From Perkinsus chesapeaki ATCC PRA-425 (Eukaryota > Protista > Perkinsozoa), in NCBI GenBank assembly GCA_013115145.1, contig JAAPAO010000078.1:24306-88305 (forward strand): DNA of 64,000 nucleotides, in the 5' to 3' direction. The first letter of the stretch is position 1, and each line of letters begins with the position of its first letter. The notes under the pieces are model-generated. The model searched no databases, was not told the DNA's origin, and saw only the letters and a list, made by a program, of their open reading frames with translations. This document shows, piece after piece, positions 12,665 to 24,318 of this stretch. Both the position numbers and the translations under genes were made by a program.

Positions 12665-13063
12665 ATGGTCTGCCTTCTCAACTTCATTTGCTTTCTACTT
12701 GTCGTTACGCTCTATGGAGATACATCGAATAATGTTACGGCTCCATGGCAGCCTGAGGGTTGGTATTGCAAGAAATTCCTCGTGGTGTACAAAGTTAACA
12801 TAACTTTCCGGGACGATACTTTTGATATAAAAGCATCTTATCTGTTGAGGAAAGGCTCTGCTACCAACCTTCCTTATACTATGCCACGTCCGAAGCTGAT
12901 GGAGATGCCAATCGACAACGAAGTCTTCATCAATCTTTTCGCGGCTGTAGATCCACCGTTCCCGATCGATGAGGTAAAATACCTTGATTATGATCATGAG
13001 AAGGAGGTATTGACAGCTTATACGAGAAAGGGTCAAGCGATTTTGACGCACGGGAAGTGCTAA
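12665..13063 (+). CDS. Small secreted protein, paralog 2 of 4
   Basis: Signal peptide, QPEGWYCKK...KASYLLRKGSATNLPYTMP...terminal Cys. Confidence 0.88.
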   Translation: MVCLLNFICFLLVVTLYGDTSNNVTAPWQPEGWYCKKFLVVYKVNITFRDDTFDIKASYLLRKGSATNLPYTMPRPKLMEMPIDNEVFINLFAAVDPPFPIDEVKYLDYDHEKEVLTAYTRKGQAILTHGKC

Positions 13064-14658
13064 AACACTTAGTGAGGGTCCCTTACCGTTAACTATGAGT
13101 GCCGCTTTCTATGAGGTTACTGGGATGCATTGGTATTCAGTTGCCTAGATTTAGGTGGTAGTATATACATTTCCTACTGCCCGTAGTGTACTCATTTCAT
13201 TGCGATGGCACTTTGGATTCATTAGTACTACCCTGAAGCTCATATCAGTTCAGCTCTTTCTAAGAGCTTTTCATTTGCCTATGCAGTAACGACTTGTGTT
13301 GCATTCAACGTTTGCTATTGATGTGTGTGAGCTCATAGTCCAGCGCCGAAATGTCATAGTTACATCAACTAGTCCTTATGATACATTTCATGCGACTTCC
13401 AACAGGGTCCGATGCCTAGCCACGGAATTACGCAACAGAGAGCATGTGTACAACTACCTAAACACAGTAGCTCCAATCACTAGAGTCTACTGGTGCGACA
13501 GCACAAGCTTTATTTCTAGGCCACCAAGTATTCAGTCTTAGCATGCAGGAACACTCTTTTAGGGTCCCCAATATGAACCCAGTCACATCAACTCGAACAA
13601 ATTGTTATTTCCGTTCCGTTCTCATCTAGAGAAGGAGGCCAGAACGTAACCGATGATTTGGTCGCTTACAAATGAGCAGTAGATGTGAGCTATCATCCTC
13701 CACTCCACGGTAGTTCCATGAGCCGCAGCATCTATGCCACGGTGGTACTATACCGCCGAGTGTACCACCGGGCATTCAGCAGGCGAGAGAGTCTCGATAA
13801 TACTGTGAGAACGCACCGGTTCTCCACTCTACACAACGCGCTGTAAGAATTCCCTCGGCCTCGTGTTCCGAAGGGGTTCTAAAGAACAGAGTTAGGATCA
13901 CATTCACGGCTTATATAAAGTGCAGCGATAATAACACTGTACAAAAATTGTACTACTGTTAATTTAACAGTGTTAAATAGCATCGTGGTACTACAGACTG
14001 AGATATTATGTGTATGTCTTCTGTCTACGAGAACGCATGAGCAATATCAATCTGAGTCTCTGATCAGCAATTACCCTCCCAAATCGATTTTACGGGCTGG
14101 ATATCAGAAAAGAATCATGCAGCGAGGGCAAACTGAGGTTTACGACAACAAAGCTATAAGAAATTGAATAGCATATCTGATTAAAAATGCCACCTCTGAA
14201 TGGAAATGAACTATCAGAGTCACCATAGTCTGTCATTGCTAGTTTCACACGCAAATGTTTGAGTTAGATCACATCACATAATCCACCAAATGAAGCATTA
14301 TGCACTCAGAGCGCAGCACTCTACGCTTACATAGAGTACTGGTCCTCTTTCGGGCATTTTCCCACCCAATGTCCTGACAACATTGTTGTCCGCCGCATAA
14401 CCGGCGACTTAAGTTCAATACACAAAACGCCCGCTATTATCACGTCTGACAGATTGACTCAATCCCCGTGACACACACATGATACATTCTGTGACAGAAT
14501 TACTGTCCCCATCTTGCCTTTACCCTGTTCCACAAAGCTAACCATATTTATAGTGAACTGTAAAAATTATCTATTAAAGGGGCCCCTTCGAATATCTTTT
14601 ATCCTTGTGTTGTTCGTAATACTGCACGCCCGCAGCTTATCCCAAATTGAGAATCCCA

Positions 14659-15048
14659 ATGGGCTCTACGAATGTCAACTGCGCTCGCTGGTTGTTGGTT
14701 TGGATATATGCCGAGTGTGAGTGTTTAGCCATTACCACGGTTCCACATGGTATGTACTGTAAGACGGTTAGGCCAGTGTATAGTGTTAACCTTACTTTCC
14801 ACGGCAGCAGCTTTGATATAGAAGCGAGCTACTGGGAGCACAGAGGGTCGGCTACAGGTATGCCTTATACCATGCCTAGGCCGGAAGTCGTGAAGATCCC
14901 CATCGGGAATGAGGACCTTCAAAAGCTGTATTATGCCTTAGACCCGCCAATAGTACCATTTCAACTAGAGTATGCGGAGTACATAAAGGATAGATTGAAG
15001 TTCTATACCAGCGCAGGTAACCCCGTTTTGACGAAGTACAATTGCTGA
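14659..15048 (+). CDS. Small secreted protein, paralog 3 of 4
   Basis: First ATG at 14659. PHGMYCK...ASYWEHRGSATGMPYTMP...terminal Cys. Confidence 0.82.
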   Translation: MGSTNVNCARWLLVWIYAECECLAITTVPHGMYCKTVRPVYSVNLTFHGSSFDIEASYWEHRGSATGMPYTMPRPEVVKIPIGNEDLQKLYYALDPPIVPFQLEYAEYIKDRLKFYTSAGNPVLTKYNC

Positions 15049-16623
15049 GGCTTGTGATGAAGATGCACTTTTATTCATCTTGTCTTAAATGTACTTAATT
15101 TATTGATGCCCTCGCTGGGAAAGCTTTGCAATTAACCTTGTTAGCAAAGCGCAATGATTTGCTACTAGCAAAGGTTCATACTCGCGAGTATAACCTTAGT
15201 AATTGTTACACCAAAGGTGTTTTGCGTTCCGCGCAGTGTATTATCTCGCGCCAACTCTTCCAGTTGAACTAACTCAACACGCTTGCTTCATATGTCTCAA
15301 CAGTCACCAGCATTCAGTGACGGCTACCCACCAACCATCATTAATGGAAGACTCATTATGAGACTAGGGGTATTGCTGTCGCACCACGAAGAAGGTGTGT
15401 AAGGGCACGGGTTCCATCGAGAATCTTAGTTTGAGAAGGCGAGGAAAATTGGATAGTATCCAAGTAATCGTTGATCACTCGGATACTAGCTAATTGCTAG
15501 TAGCAATTACTAATCGATTACTAATCGAGTTCTTCACAATATATGTGACTGATCCATCCTACATAGTGTAAGGCTACATTAGCCTCCATGACGGAGGATT
15601 CAGTTGGGTACTCAAATGTTGGTACATTGTGCGCTAGATGACATGTCTTCCTCCCTCGCCAGTTAGTGGGGACTGCATACTATAAGCGAGATCTACATAC
15701 AATGTACATTGCAAATAGGTTGTCCGCAATTATGGCGCGCCACTGGGATTTACTCACCAGTCTTTTTGGAACCACTAGCAGTCATGATACATGTGCTGCC
15801 ATGCTTGCTGCCCGTGGTAAAGCGTCCTCAATCACGGAAGGTCTGCCCACCGAGAAGTCGGCCCTGCAGCACTGGGCGGTTACGGGTCGAGGTGGTAGAC
15901 AGCCGACTCGCCACGAGAAACTCTCTCTTGTCGCTTAACATGAGTGTTGTGAAAGTAAGTTTCAATTTAGGGCAGGGATTTCACGTGGAATACGCCCAGA
16001 ATCTGTATGTCTCATAGAGCAGACTCTGCTCAGCAAAGAGTTATTCAGGAGAGGGCGCTTAAGGAGCTTCACTATGCTGGTGTCCCATCGTACCATTCTT
16101 GCACCGCGTTCTCAGAGAGAACCATGAATGAAAAATATACTATATGGAGAGTGAGCATTTGTGTGGGTTTATAGTCCAACGCCGAAAAGGCCATGATCGG
16201 ACTATTCATTCTATGGTTGAGTCGGGTACGAGTACAAGAAGATAGATGTAGATGTGTATGCGGCTTGACACAACAGACCGTCCCCAATGGAGACTCTCCA
16301 TAGTTCCATTCGCACGTGTATACAAAAGTTGAAAGCTTTAAAATAAAATCTTGAATATAATATTAAATTTATATAATTTTAAGCTATATATGCTCAGAAA
16401 TGAAGCTTAGCAGGAATAAAGGGATCTCGTCACACGGTGTGAGTCAAACCTTCAGGATCGATTTGCTTATAGTGTCGCGTACCAGCAATTCTCGAGTCGA
16501 TCGAGTGTTTGCCGTCGTCGACCAGCGGGCCCCGGTGACCGGGGAAAAGCAGTGTTTTTTCAGCTCTCAACTCGAGAATCTCAATTCGACAGTTGTCGGT
16601 TAACCTTGTCGGAACTCACTCCA

Positions 16624-17022
16624 ATGCTGTTCGTTGTCAACTCAATTGGCTTCCTGCTCATCGCTATGTTCTGTGGGAGCTGTTCGGAATGCGTTACATC
16701 TCCATGGAAACCAACGGGGTCGTATTGCAAGAAGGTGCTCTTGGTGTACAAAGTCAACGTAACTTTCGGTGACAAGACCTTTGATATTAAAGCGTCTTAT
16801 CTGTTGAGGAAAGGCTCTGCTACCAACCTTCCTTATACTATGCCAAGTCCGAAGCTGGTGGAGATGCCAATCGACAACGAAGTCTTCATTAATCTTTTCA
16901 GGACCCTAAATCCACCCTTTCCGATAGATGATTTGAATTATCTTGAGTATGATCATGAGAGGGAATTTTTAGCAGTCTATACGGGCAAGGGTGCCATCAA
17001 CTTGACGCGTGCGGATTGCTAA
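16624..17022 (+). CDS. Small secreted protein, paralog 4 of 4
   Basis: ATG at 16624, MLFVVNSIGFLLIAMF. Core nearly identical to paralog 2, and the 3' flanks are also homologous. Confidence 0.88.
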   Translation: MLFVVNSIGFLLIAMFCGSCSECVTSPWKPTGSYCKKVLLVYKVNVTFGDKTFDIKASYLLRKGSATNLPYTMPSPKLVEMPIDNEVFINLFRTLNPPFPIDDLNYLEYDHEREFLAVYTGKGAINLTRADC

Positions 17023-17791
17023 AATGCTTACCGTCAACTGTAAGCGTCACTCTCGGCATTGGTATTCAGTTGGAAACTAATAGTTGCCTTCATTTAGTTG
17101 GTCGTAGATACATTCCGTACTGCCTGTATTGTATTGCAGTGCACTCATTTCATTTCGGTTATTGGTCTCAATTCTACTTAGAAGTATCTATTCAGCTATT
17201 AGCATTTGATCTAGTATTCAAGTGTTGGAGTTCAAATGTGATTGATTAAATCTTAAATGCCAGTTGATTAACGGTTAAGCCGGTATAAAAGCTCCGGCTG
17301 TAATAGTCAAACTCCAGTGTTGGGCTCAACGCTTTTACATTTCGAGTACCCTTTGATGAAGGCATCAAACCAATACAACAAGGCTTCAAGTTCTTATCTC
17401 CGTGGTTACTTATAAGTTATAAAAACGAGTGCCGGTCTTGCTGTGGATGGGAATGACAGAATTGTTTCCATGAGGAACTCTTGACTGGAGCCCGGCTGGC
17501 TCCAGTCACCAGTCTTGATAGCCGTAACTCCGCCAGCCTCGTTCATCGAACGAGAAACCGAGGACGGAGGAATCAATCTAGGGCCCATCGGTGCAGCTGA
17601 CGGGATTGCGTGACTCTAGGTGCACATAGGACCCGGGTAAGGGTAACCAATACCATTCGTTGGAATCGGCCAGTTGTTATTAACACTCAATATGCTATTC
17701 ACACGAGACAGTAGAGACAGTAAAGTGTATCATACATATACAAGCATCGTCTATTGTACATCATAACCCTCAGCAGCACTGAGGATTCCTC

Positions 17792-20169
17792 TCATTGCTG
17801 CCGTAGCTGTTCCTGACAAAAGTTAGGATCATACGGTACCAAGGTCATTGAATCGATTCCTACTACGTTATATACTACCTTTGCGCCGTAATATGCGTCT
17901 TCGGATACATTTGCCTATCACCACCACGCGGAGGTTTATTGATCAATGGCTTGAAACTGCATTCGGCCATCTCTAGAGCCTCCTGCTCTGCCTCCCGTAG
18001 CCTCCGTGCCTGCCTCAACTTTTCATCCCATCTTCATTGGACCCCTTACTTCATCGCGTCGTTCTCTCTCTTTTGCCACTCGTCTCATGTAATCGCTTCC
18101 AGAATCAATCTCCAACCTCAGCCGCGATGGCACCTGTACCGTTGCTGCTCACTATGTAAGCAGCAGTCTTCACTTCGCTAAACAGTCGTCCCGCCTCCGA
18201 GGCCTTGGCCGGTGTTGATGCCATCATATTGGCTTCCTTCTCCGCCTTTCTCTTTTTCAAGTCAATTGACAGTCGCTCGATATTCTCCTCCTTCTTCCGA
18301 AGATCACCATATGATCGCTCGAATATCTGAGACTCTATCTGAGGCTTGGCCTATTGATGCCTATTCCGGTACCGTTCTTGAAGGAGCACTCTTGGCCTTG
18401 GCTGTTACCGTTGGTGTCTGATCACGTTCGAGTTCGAACTCATAAAGAGTTGGATATCTTTACAAACGGTTGACTCCTGTTTATCTCCCTCATCATCGCC
18501 TCTCTTGAAAGAGATCGTTTGTGTGCCATTTTTCGGGCGACTTTTGATCTTGACACTCGACGAGAGCGGCTGGGCGCAGAACGCTCAGTGGTGGGAGCTT
18601 CGGCATATACCCCAAGCCTCACTCGCATATCCTAGGTTCATGCGTGCACTCTGCTCGTGCCTTCCTCTCGGCATTTGCCAGATGTTCTTTCCTTCGTGTC
18701 TCCCGCTCTTCTTGGCGCTGTAGGAAATTGTGCCTAGATTGACTCCGGAATTTCATCAAAGGTCTCCGCTACATTATTTTCTGTATTTGCTCTTCAGAAA
18801 GGCCTCCCACGCGCTGTTCGATAGACTTCTTTTTTTCTTCTAATCTTTTCCCACCATGCGACGCCAGTCGATGAAATACCTGTCCCACGGTTGGTGGAGG
18901 TGGCAAGGGCATCAGCTACCCACATTGTTGTTAGTGTACTGGCGGGCATGTCTCATGCTGTGCCTTACGGGATTGGTCGATGGCTTGAATGTATTCTTAG
19001 TGGCATCCTCTGCCGCAAGAAGTAGTGCCGAGGAGCCTGTCAACTGGTACGTGAAGACTCCCAATTTAGGATCTGTCTTCACTCCGGCGGTCCTCAAAGA
19101 TTCTACTGCTGCCCTTCCTCTTTCTCTGAGATTTCCCTATATCCGGCTCGAAGGTACCTTGTATGCCAGGTATTGCCAAAGTTGCAAGACTAGCTTACAT
19201 GCTGCAATTTCTTGCTCTTCTTTAGCTTCCTCCCTCTCTCTTTCACGTGCCTTTCGACGTTGTTCCCATTCCTTAGTCTGACGAGGACCACAAGCTATCA
19301 ATCGGAAAGGTAGTTGGGCGAGACCCTTCCCAAAGTTCGTATCAAATTCATAACACATTGAAGCAAGAAACCAACCCGGATTCATCGGCTTGGTAGTTTT
19401 TCACTGTTTGGTTATTATCCGCCCCGTACAGCGGAGACCATCCCTCACCTGCTGCGGTCCTATTCTTGTCTTTATCTCACTATGATGAGTGGTGCGCGGT
19501 TTGAAATGACAATCTTGCATTGACCTGTCTTCCTTCTCTCTTCGTCTTTCCTCTATCTTTTGCCTTCTTTTCATCGCCCATGCCTCATGACGGTCGTAGA
19601 GCGACGAGAAGGAACGCGATGATGATGAGGTATTCATGGCATTCACGCTTCTGCTAGAGTTTCGCCGGAGTCTCTGTTGGGAATGAAGGAGAGCTGGTGT
19701 CGATGCCTTCGGCTCTGAGGGGGTATCAAGGATACCGACACGTAGACGTTCTACTCGCTCTGGGCAATAGCTCTGGGGCCACTAGATCAAACAAACCGAA
19801 AATTAAACTTCATTATTCCCGATCGAACTCGTTGGGGGATCGGGAACGTGGGGAACGTTAGACTAATTAATTCACGTTCCCTGTGTATGATAACTTATCG
19901 TTGATACGATTTTCATCGTCACATGCCGTCGTGCCTTCTGAGTTGATGGTTTCCTCACCAGTCTGCCACCGTGTGCCCATGTCTCGTTCACTGTGGTCGA
20001 CGGCATCTCCAATGTAGGAAGACGTGAAGCTCTCAGAGTAGAGTGAAGATGGTGTGATGCTTGGTGATGAAAGCAAATCAGTGCTGGAGAAGTAGCTAAC
20101 GCTCGTTAAGGCTCCCAAATCAGCTGCGGTGACTCTATGTTCATAAGCCTCGGAACTGATGGTCTGCAT
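17792..20169 (-). CDS. Hypothetical charged coiled-coil protein, multi-exon
   Basis: Successive minus-strand exons rich in K/R/E (LYDRHEAWAMKRRQKIEERRREKED; EWEQRRKAREREREE) separated by GT-AG introns. The 5' end is uncertain and may include 20200-20770. Confidence 0.55.
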
Positions 20170-20827
20170 CTTCGACCGGGGGTTGGCTATCGTACATTAC
20201 TTCCTAAGAGTATCGTTTGGCATGCCTCTATAGCGTGCTGCGTATTGCCCCGCTGCCACAGTGGTTGCCCCACTTGATGAGCTTGTCTTAGCTGTCAATG
20301 GTGCCGATAGCGGACGGTACGATGTATGGTACACCCGACTGAAGAGGAGCAGCCACTACCAGCCGTGCACGTGAACTATGCAAATCGCTGACGCTCTCCA
20401 CTGAAACTTTTTGTCGCAAATTTTTTAACCCTCACAGTGTGCACGATGAACTGGGGACAAGCTATACAGGGAGCCCAATGTTTTTAAATGACACGAGAGC
20501 TCACCTTGGATCACCCGTAGGTGGTGGCCTCAAATAGGACCAGTCTGGCCTATAGACGCCGTCACTAGGCTCGTGGCTAAATAGATGGTGACTTCTTTCG
20601 TATGCTGCAGTTGCTAATCTATTTGCTGTATCGAGTGACTCAAGCAATATGTCATCTAACAATAACCACGCCTGTCCCTTTGACCAATCCGAAAGCAACC
20701 AGTCAGCAGCGATCATTTTAGACTCTTCGTTTAACCGCGCCAGTTTGCTGTAGCTTTGCTCTGAGCCCAACGCTAGCAGCTTAACTGTGCAATTACTTCT
20801 AGAACTAATTAAGGCACAGTTAAGTAG

Positions 20828-21959
20828 TTACTTGTCAGATTTCTTTACAGTGCGAATGGATTCATCTAATGTGCAGGCTCTTGAACGCCTGTGGTTTGGT
20901 GATTCACCAATGTGGAAAGCCGGTATTTTATCTTAATACAAAATACATCGAAAACCCGTTGCTTGCTGATAACGCAAGTGAATTTCGCATCTTTATTGAC
21001 CCTGTCAAAGATACCAAATAGGTTCATCATCACCTGTATCTCGTGTCATAACATGCCCATAGACGACCCCATCTCGCTGTTCCTACACTCCAACAGTCCA
21101 TGAAGAAGCCTCTAGTGCTCTCCTTACCAGAAGTCTCTCTGCTGCTTCTGGTGTTAGTAGTTTGGGAACTATAGGAGATGCTTCATTAAAACTCATCGCC
21201 GTATGGGCGCCTATACAGCTGATGCACTGCAACGCAACCAAAGCGTCGATGAGATGTAATGTACGATATCAATTTTGCGGAGCATTGTCGAGCTCCGAGA
21301 GATGCTTAGCGTACTTGTTATATAATTCTGGATGCTCCTTTTCCAGCTACATGCCCACAGTTGTGTCGGTAAGAGGTTGGATGTATCTTACTTTAGGGTA
21401 GAGGTCGCTCCATGGGTCGATGACCATGTCATCTTGAATGAATCGTTCAATCGGTAATTCTCGCAAGGATTCGGCGTCATTATTCCATCGGTGACCTTTG
21501 CCTTTACCTGATTATGATACCACTCTTCGCTGAAATCGCGCGTCAGATTACCCTTCCTGCCGCCTTTATTGTAGCTGCGATACGCTGGTTGTGTCCAATC
21601 ACCGTACCAAGACCCTTTACCTCCGTTCAACCTATTAAGGATCTTACCAGGTTGAAGCTGAGATACTACCTCTGAGCAGGCTGATAACCTCCACCGTACT
21701 GTTGTTGCTGTTGCCAATAGCCGGCTCCTTTACCATACATCACAACAACTACCTTCCACCTAGTAAAGATTCCTTCGAGGTTGATTCGCGTACCATCCTC
21801 ACATGGCGCTTCCTCCCATTCAACCCAAAGTAACATTGTACCCCCAAAAAGAATTTTCGAGATCTTATTATTTTTTGACAAATTGCTGTGCAAAGTAGCG
21901 CTCGCCCACTTAATCGTTGAGCGCACTGTCGCCGCCTCCGCCTCTTCTGCATTCACCAA
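20828..21959 (-). CDS. Hypothetical protein, multi-exon
   Basis: Coherent exons (GNLTRDFSEEWYHNQVK; EKEHPELYNKYAKHL; DKIPAFHIGESP...KKSDK*). Start uncertain. Confidence 0.45.
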
Positions 21960-22153
21960 CTAAGAGACTAGTTCCCAACCTTCTTTGTATCTTTCAGCGA
22001 TGAGCTTGAGATCCTTGCAACTCTAAGCTTCGAGTCACCGTCTTTTAGCCTCTCCTATAGGAAGGTCCTTGAATGTACCCTAGGGACGGGAATGGTTTCG
22101 GCAGGGTTGTTGTGGAGTACTGTTGGTAGTAGCCCTGAACGTTTCATTATCCA

Positions 22154-23870
22154 ATGCCAGAAGTAGAATCAAAAAAGAGATCTTTAGATTCCGACAAGGT
22201 TAAGTCGAGCACACCCGAAGTTATCTTTGGTGATTCCAAAATCGAAGTTGCCGGTAAAATATCTATCTCACATTAATGCACAGTCCCCATCAGGTTTATC
22301 GGACCCCACAGAGGTCCCTCTTGCCCGGACGTTCGACGAGTCTGGTCTGAGAAAGTCTCTTAAGGAGTATCTTAGCTCCAAGTTTTCCACTCCTTCCGCC
22401 ATCCAAGCTGCCTGCTGGCCCCTCTTGCTTTCTGGTCTCGATGTCGTCGGTGTCGCTGAGACCGGCAGCGGCAAGACCCTCGGTTTCGCATTGCCTTTCA
22501 TGTCGAAGGCTATGAATAAAGGAAATGACGGTATGATGATGGTGTTATCTCCCACTAGAGAGCTGGCGAGGCAAATCCACGAGGTTATCGTTGACGTTGA
22601 CAAGAAGAAGCAAAAGTTGCCTTCAATTTGCCTGTACGGCGGCACTCCTAAGTGGGAGCAGCAGAAACAGTTGAAGGCTGATAAGCCTCGAATAGTGATT
22701 GGCACCCCCGGAAGGGTCTTAGATCTCCTCCAGGACGGCTCATTGGACTTCTCTAAGGTTAACTATGCAGTTTTGGACGAAGCTGATCGAATGCTCGACA
22801 TGGGGTTCCTACCGAGTGTCACGCAGATCTTCGGATATCTTCCATCGGCTGATAAGAGACAATCTCTTATGTTCTCAGCTACGTGGAATAAGGAGGTAAT
22901 AAGGTAATTTCGTGGCGAGTGAGGATTGGTCACAGGTACGAAGATTATCTAGAAAGTTGATGAAGCGTGAGCGCATTACTGTTACTGTTATGGGCAGCAA
23001 TGAGACCAAAAGCAACCAGGATGAGTTGACCGCCAATACTCGTATCACCCAGATGATCGATGTGGTCCACGATAGGAAGCCTAAGATGGACCGTCTATGG
23101 CATCATCTTGGTAACCTATGCCCTAATAAGGGAGTGTGGAAGGTAATATAAAGGGGATCGGAAGAGGAGGACTCAGCAATCGCCGGGATGTTGGAAATCT
23201 GTCACAAAGTCTATTTTTATACGAAGAGTGTTGGCTATCAGGTTATTGTGTTCGCACTGTATAAGAAGGAGGCAGCCCATCTCGAGCGATGCCTCAGGGA
23301 CTACTATGATGTAGTGGGTCTTCATGGCGACATGACACAGTCCGCTCGGGAGGCCTCTATTAAGCGGTTTACCGAGGGGCAAAATCTTATATTAGTAGCT
23401 ACTGATGTAGCAGCTAGAGGCTTGGATGTTAAGGACGTCACTGGTGTTATTAACTACACTTTCCCTTTGGTTATTGAAGATTACGTTCATAGGTGAGAGA
23501 GCGACGCAGGTTCGAATCCCAGGGAGGGCATTTTTCAGGATTGGCCGTACTGGACGTGCAGGGCGGACGGGCAAGGCTGTTACCATCTTGAATGCTGATG
23601 AGGAGAAGCAGTTCGCCTTCGATCTTAAGGGACTTCTTGAGCGATGTGGCCAGGAGGTAACTTCGGTAGCGGTTGATGGGGAGTACTTGGTATGGCCAGG
23701 TACCTGAGGCTTTGAGTAAGTTGGCAAACCAGACGGGTGGGTTCAAGGCGAGCAAGAAGAAGGTTCATCCCATTTATGGGGCATTCTTCAAGGATGAAGA
23801 GGAGATGGCAAAGTTAGAGGCGAAGAAGACTCATATTACCTTCTCGGATGATGATGAAGATGACGACTAG
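22154..23870 (+). CDS. DBP3: DEAD-box RNA helicase, Dbp3-like
   Basis: Q motif PSAIQ, AETGSGKT, PTRELA, GTPGR, DEAD, SAT, ATDVAARGLD and spliced YVHRIGRTGRAG. The C-terminus HPIYGAFFKD...ITF resembles Dbp3. Confidence 0.9.
23493..23538 (+). other. 46-nt tRNA-3'-half intron (sense) in helicase motif VI
   Basis: GTGAGAGAGCGACGCAGGTTCGAATCCCAGGGAGGGCATTTTTCAG. Removal restores HR|IGRTGRAG. Confidence 0.92.
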
Positions 23871-24318
23871 GCGTGCTGCGATTTTACGGTGGTCGAAACT
23901 GATAGAAAAACAGTAAAATGATGACCATCGTCTTCATTATCTAGTCCTAGAGATTACACATCGCTTATGTATTAGTTACTAGTTTCATTATTGGATAATT
24001 CGCCACTAAATTACGTCTGAGGGCTGATGATGATGATGAGCTACAACGTTCCTGTTAAATATATAACAGCCACCACCACCTCCACACATGGTGGTGGTGG
24101 CTGCCTACGTACTGGAACCTGCGTCCGAAAGGATGATATCGTAACTGTCCTATTATACGCGGGTTTCAAGAGGCTTTGCTTGTGTAGAGTGACGGGGTGG
24201 TGGGAAGTTGAGCTGGAATGTATCTTACCTGGTTGAAGCTAAGATACCATATCACCAGTTGTTATTTAATTTTAAGTTGGCTGCTCTTGCCGCCTTCACT
24301 GCTACATCAAACTAGCAT

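Noticed and set aside
19816-19846. Hairpin containing GAGTTCGATC on the minus strand as another tRNA-like intron
   Set aside because: No variable-loop or acceptor/T-run context, and intron boundaries are unclear.
22145-22156. Divergent start codons only 6 nt apart (minus-strand gene and DBP3)
   Set aside because: The minus-strand first exons are speculative, and downstream ATGs are equally plausible.
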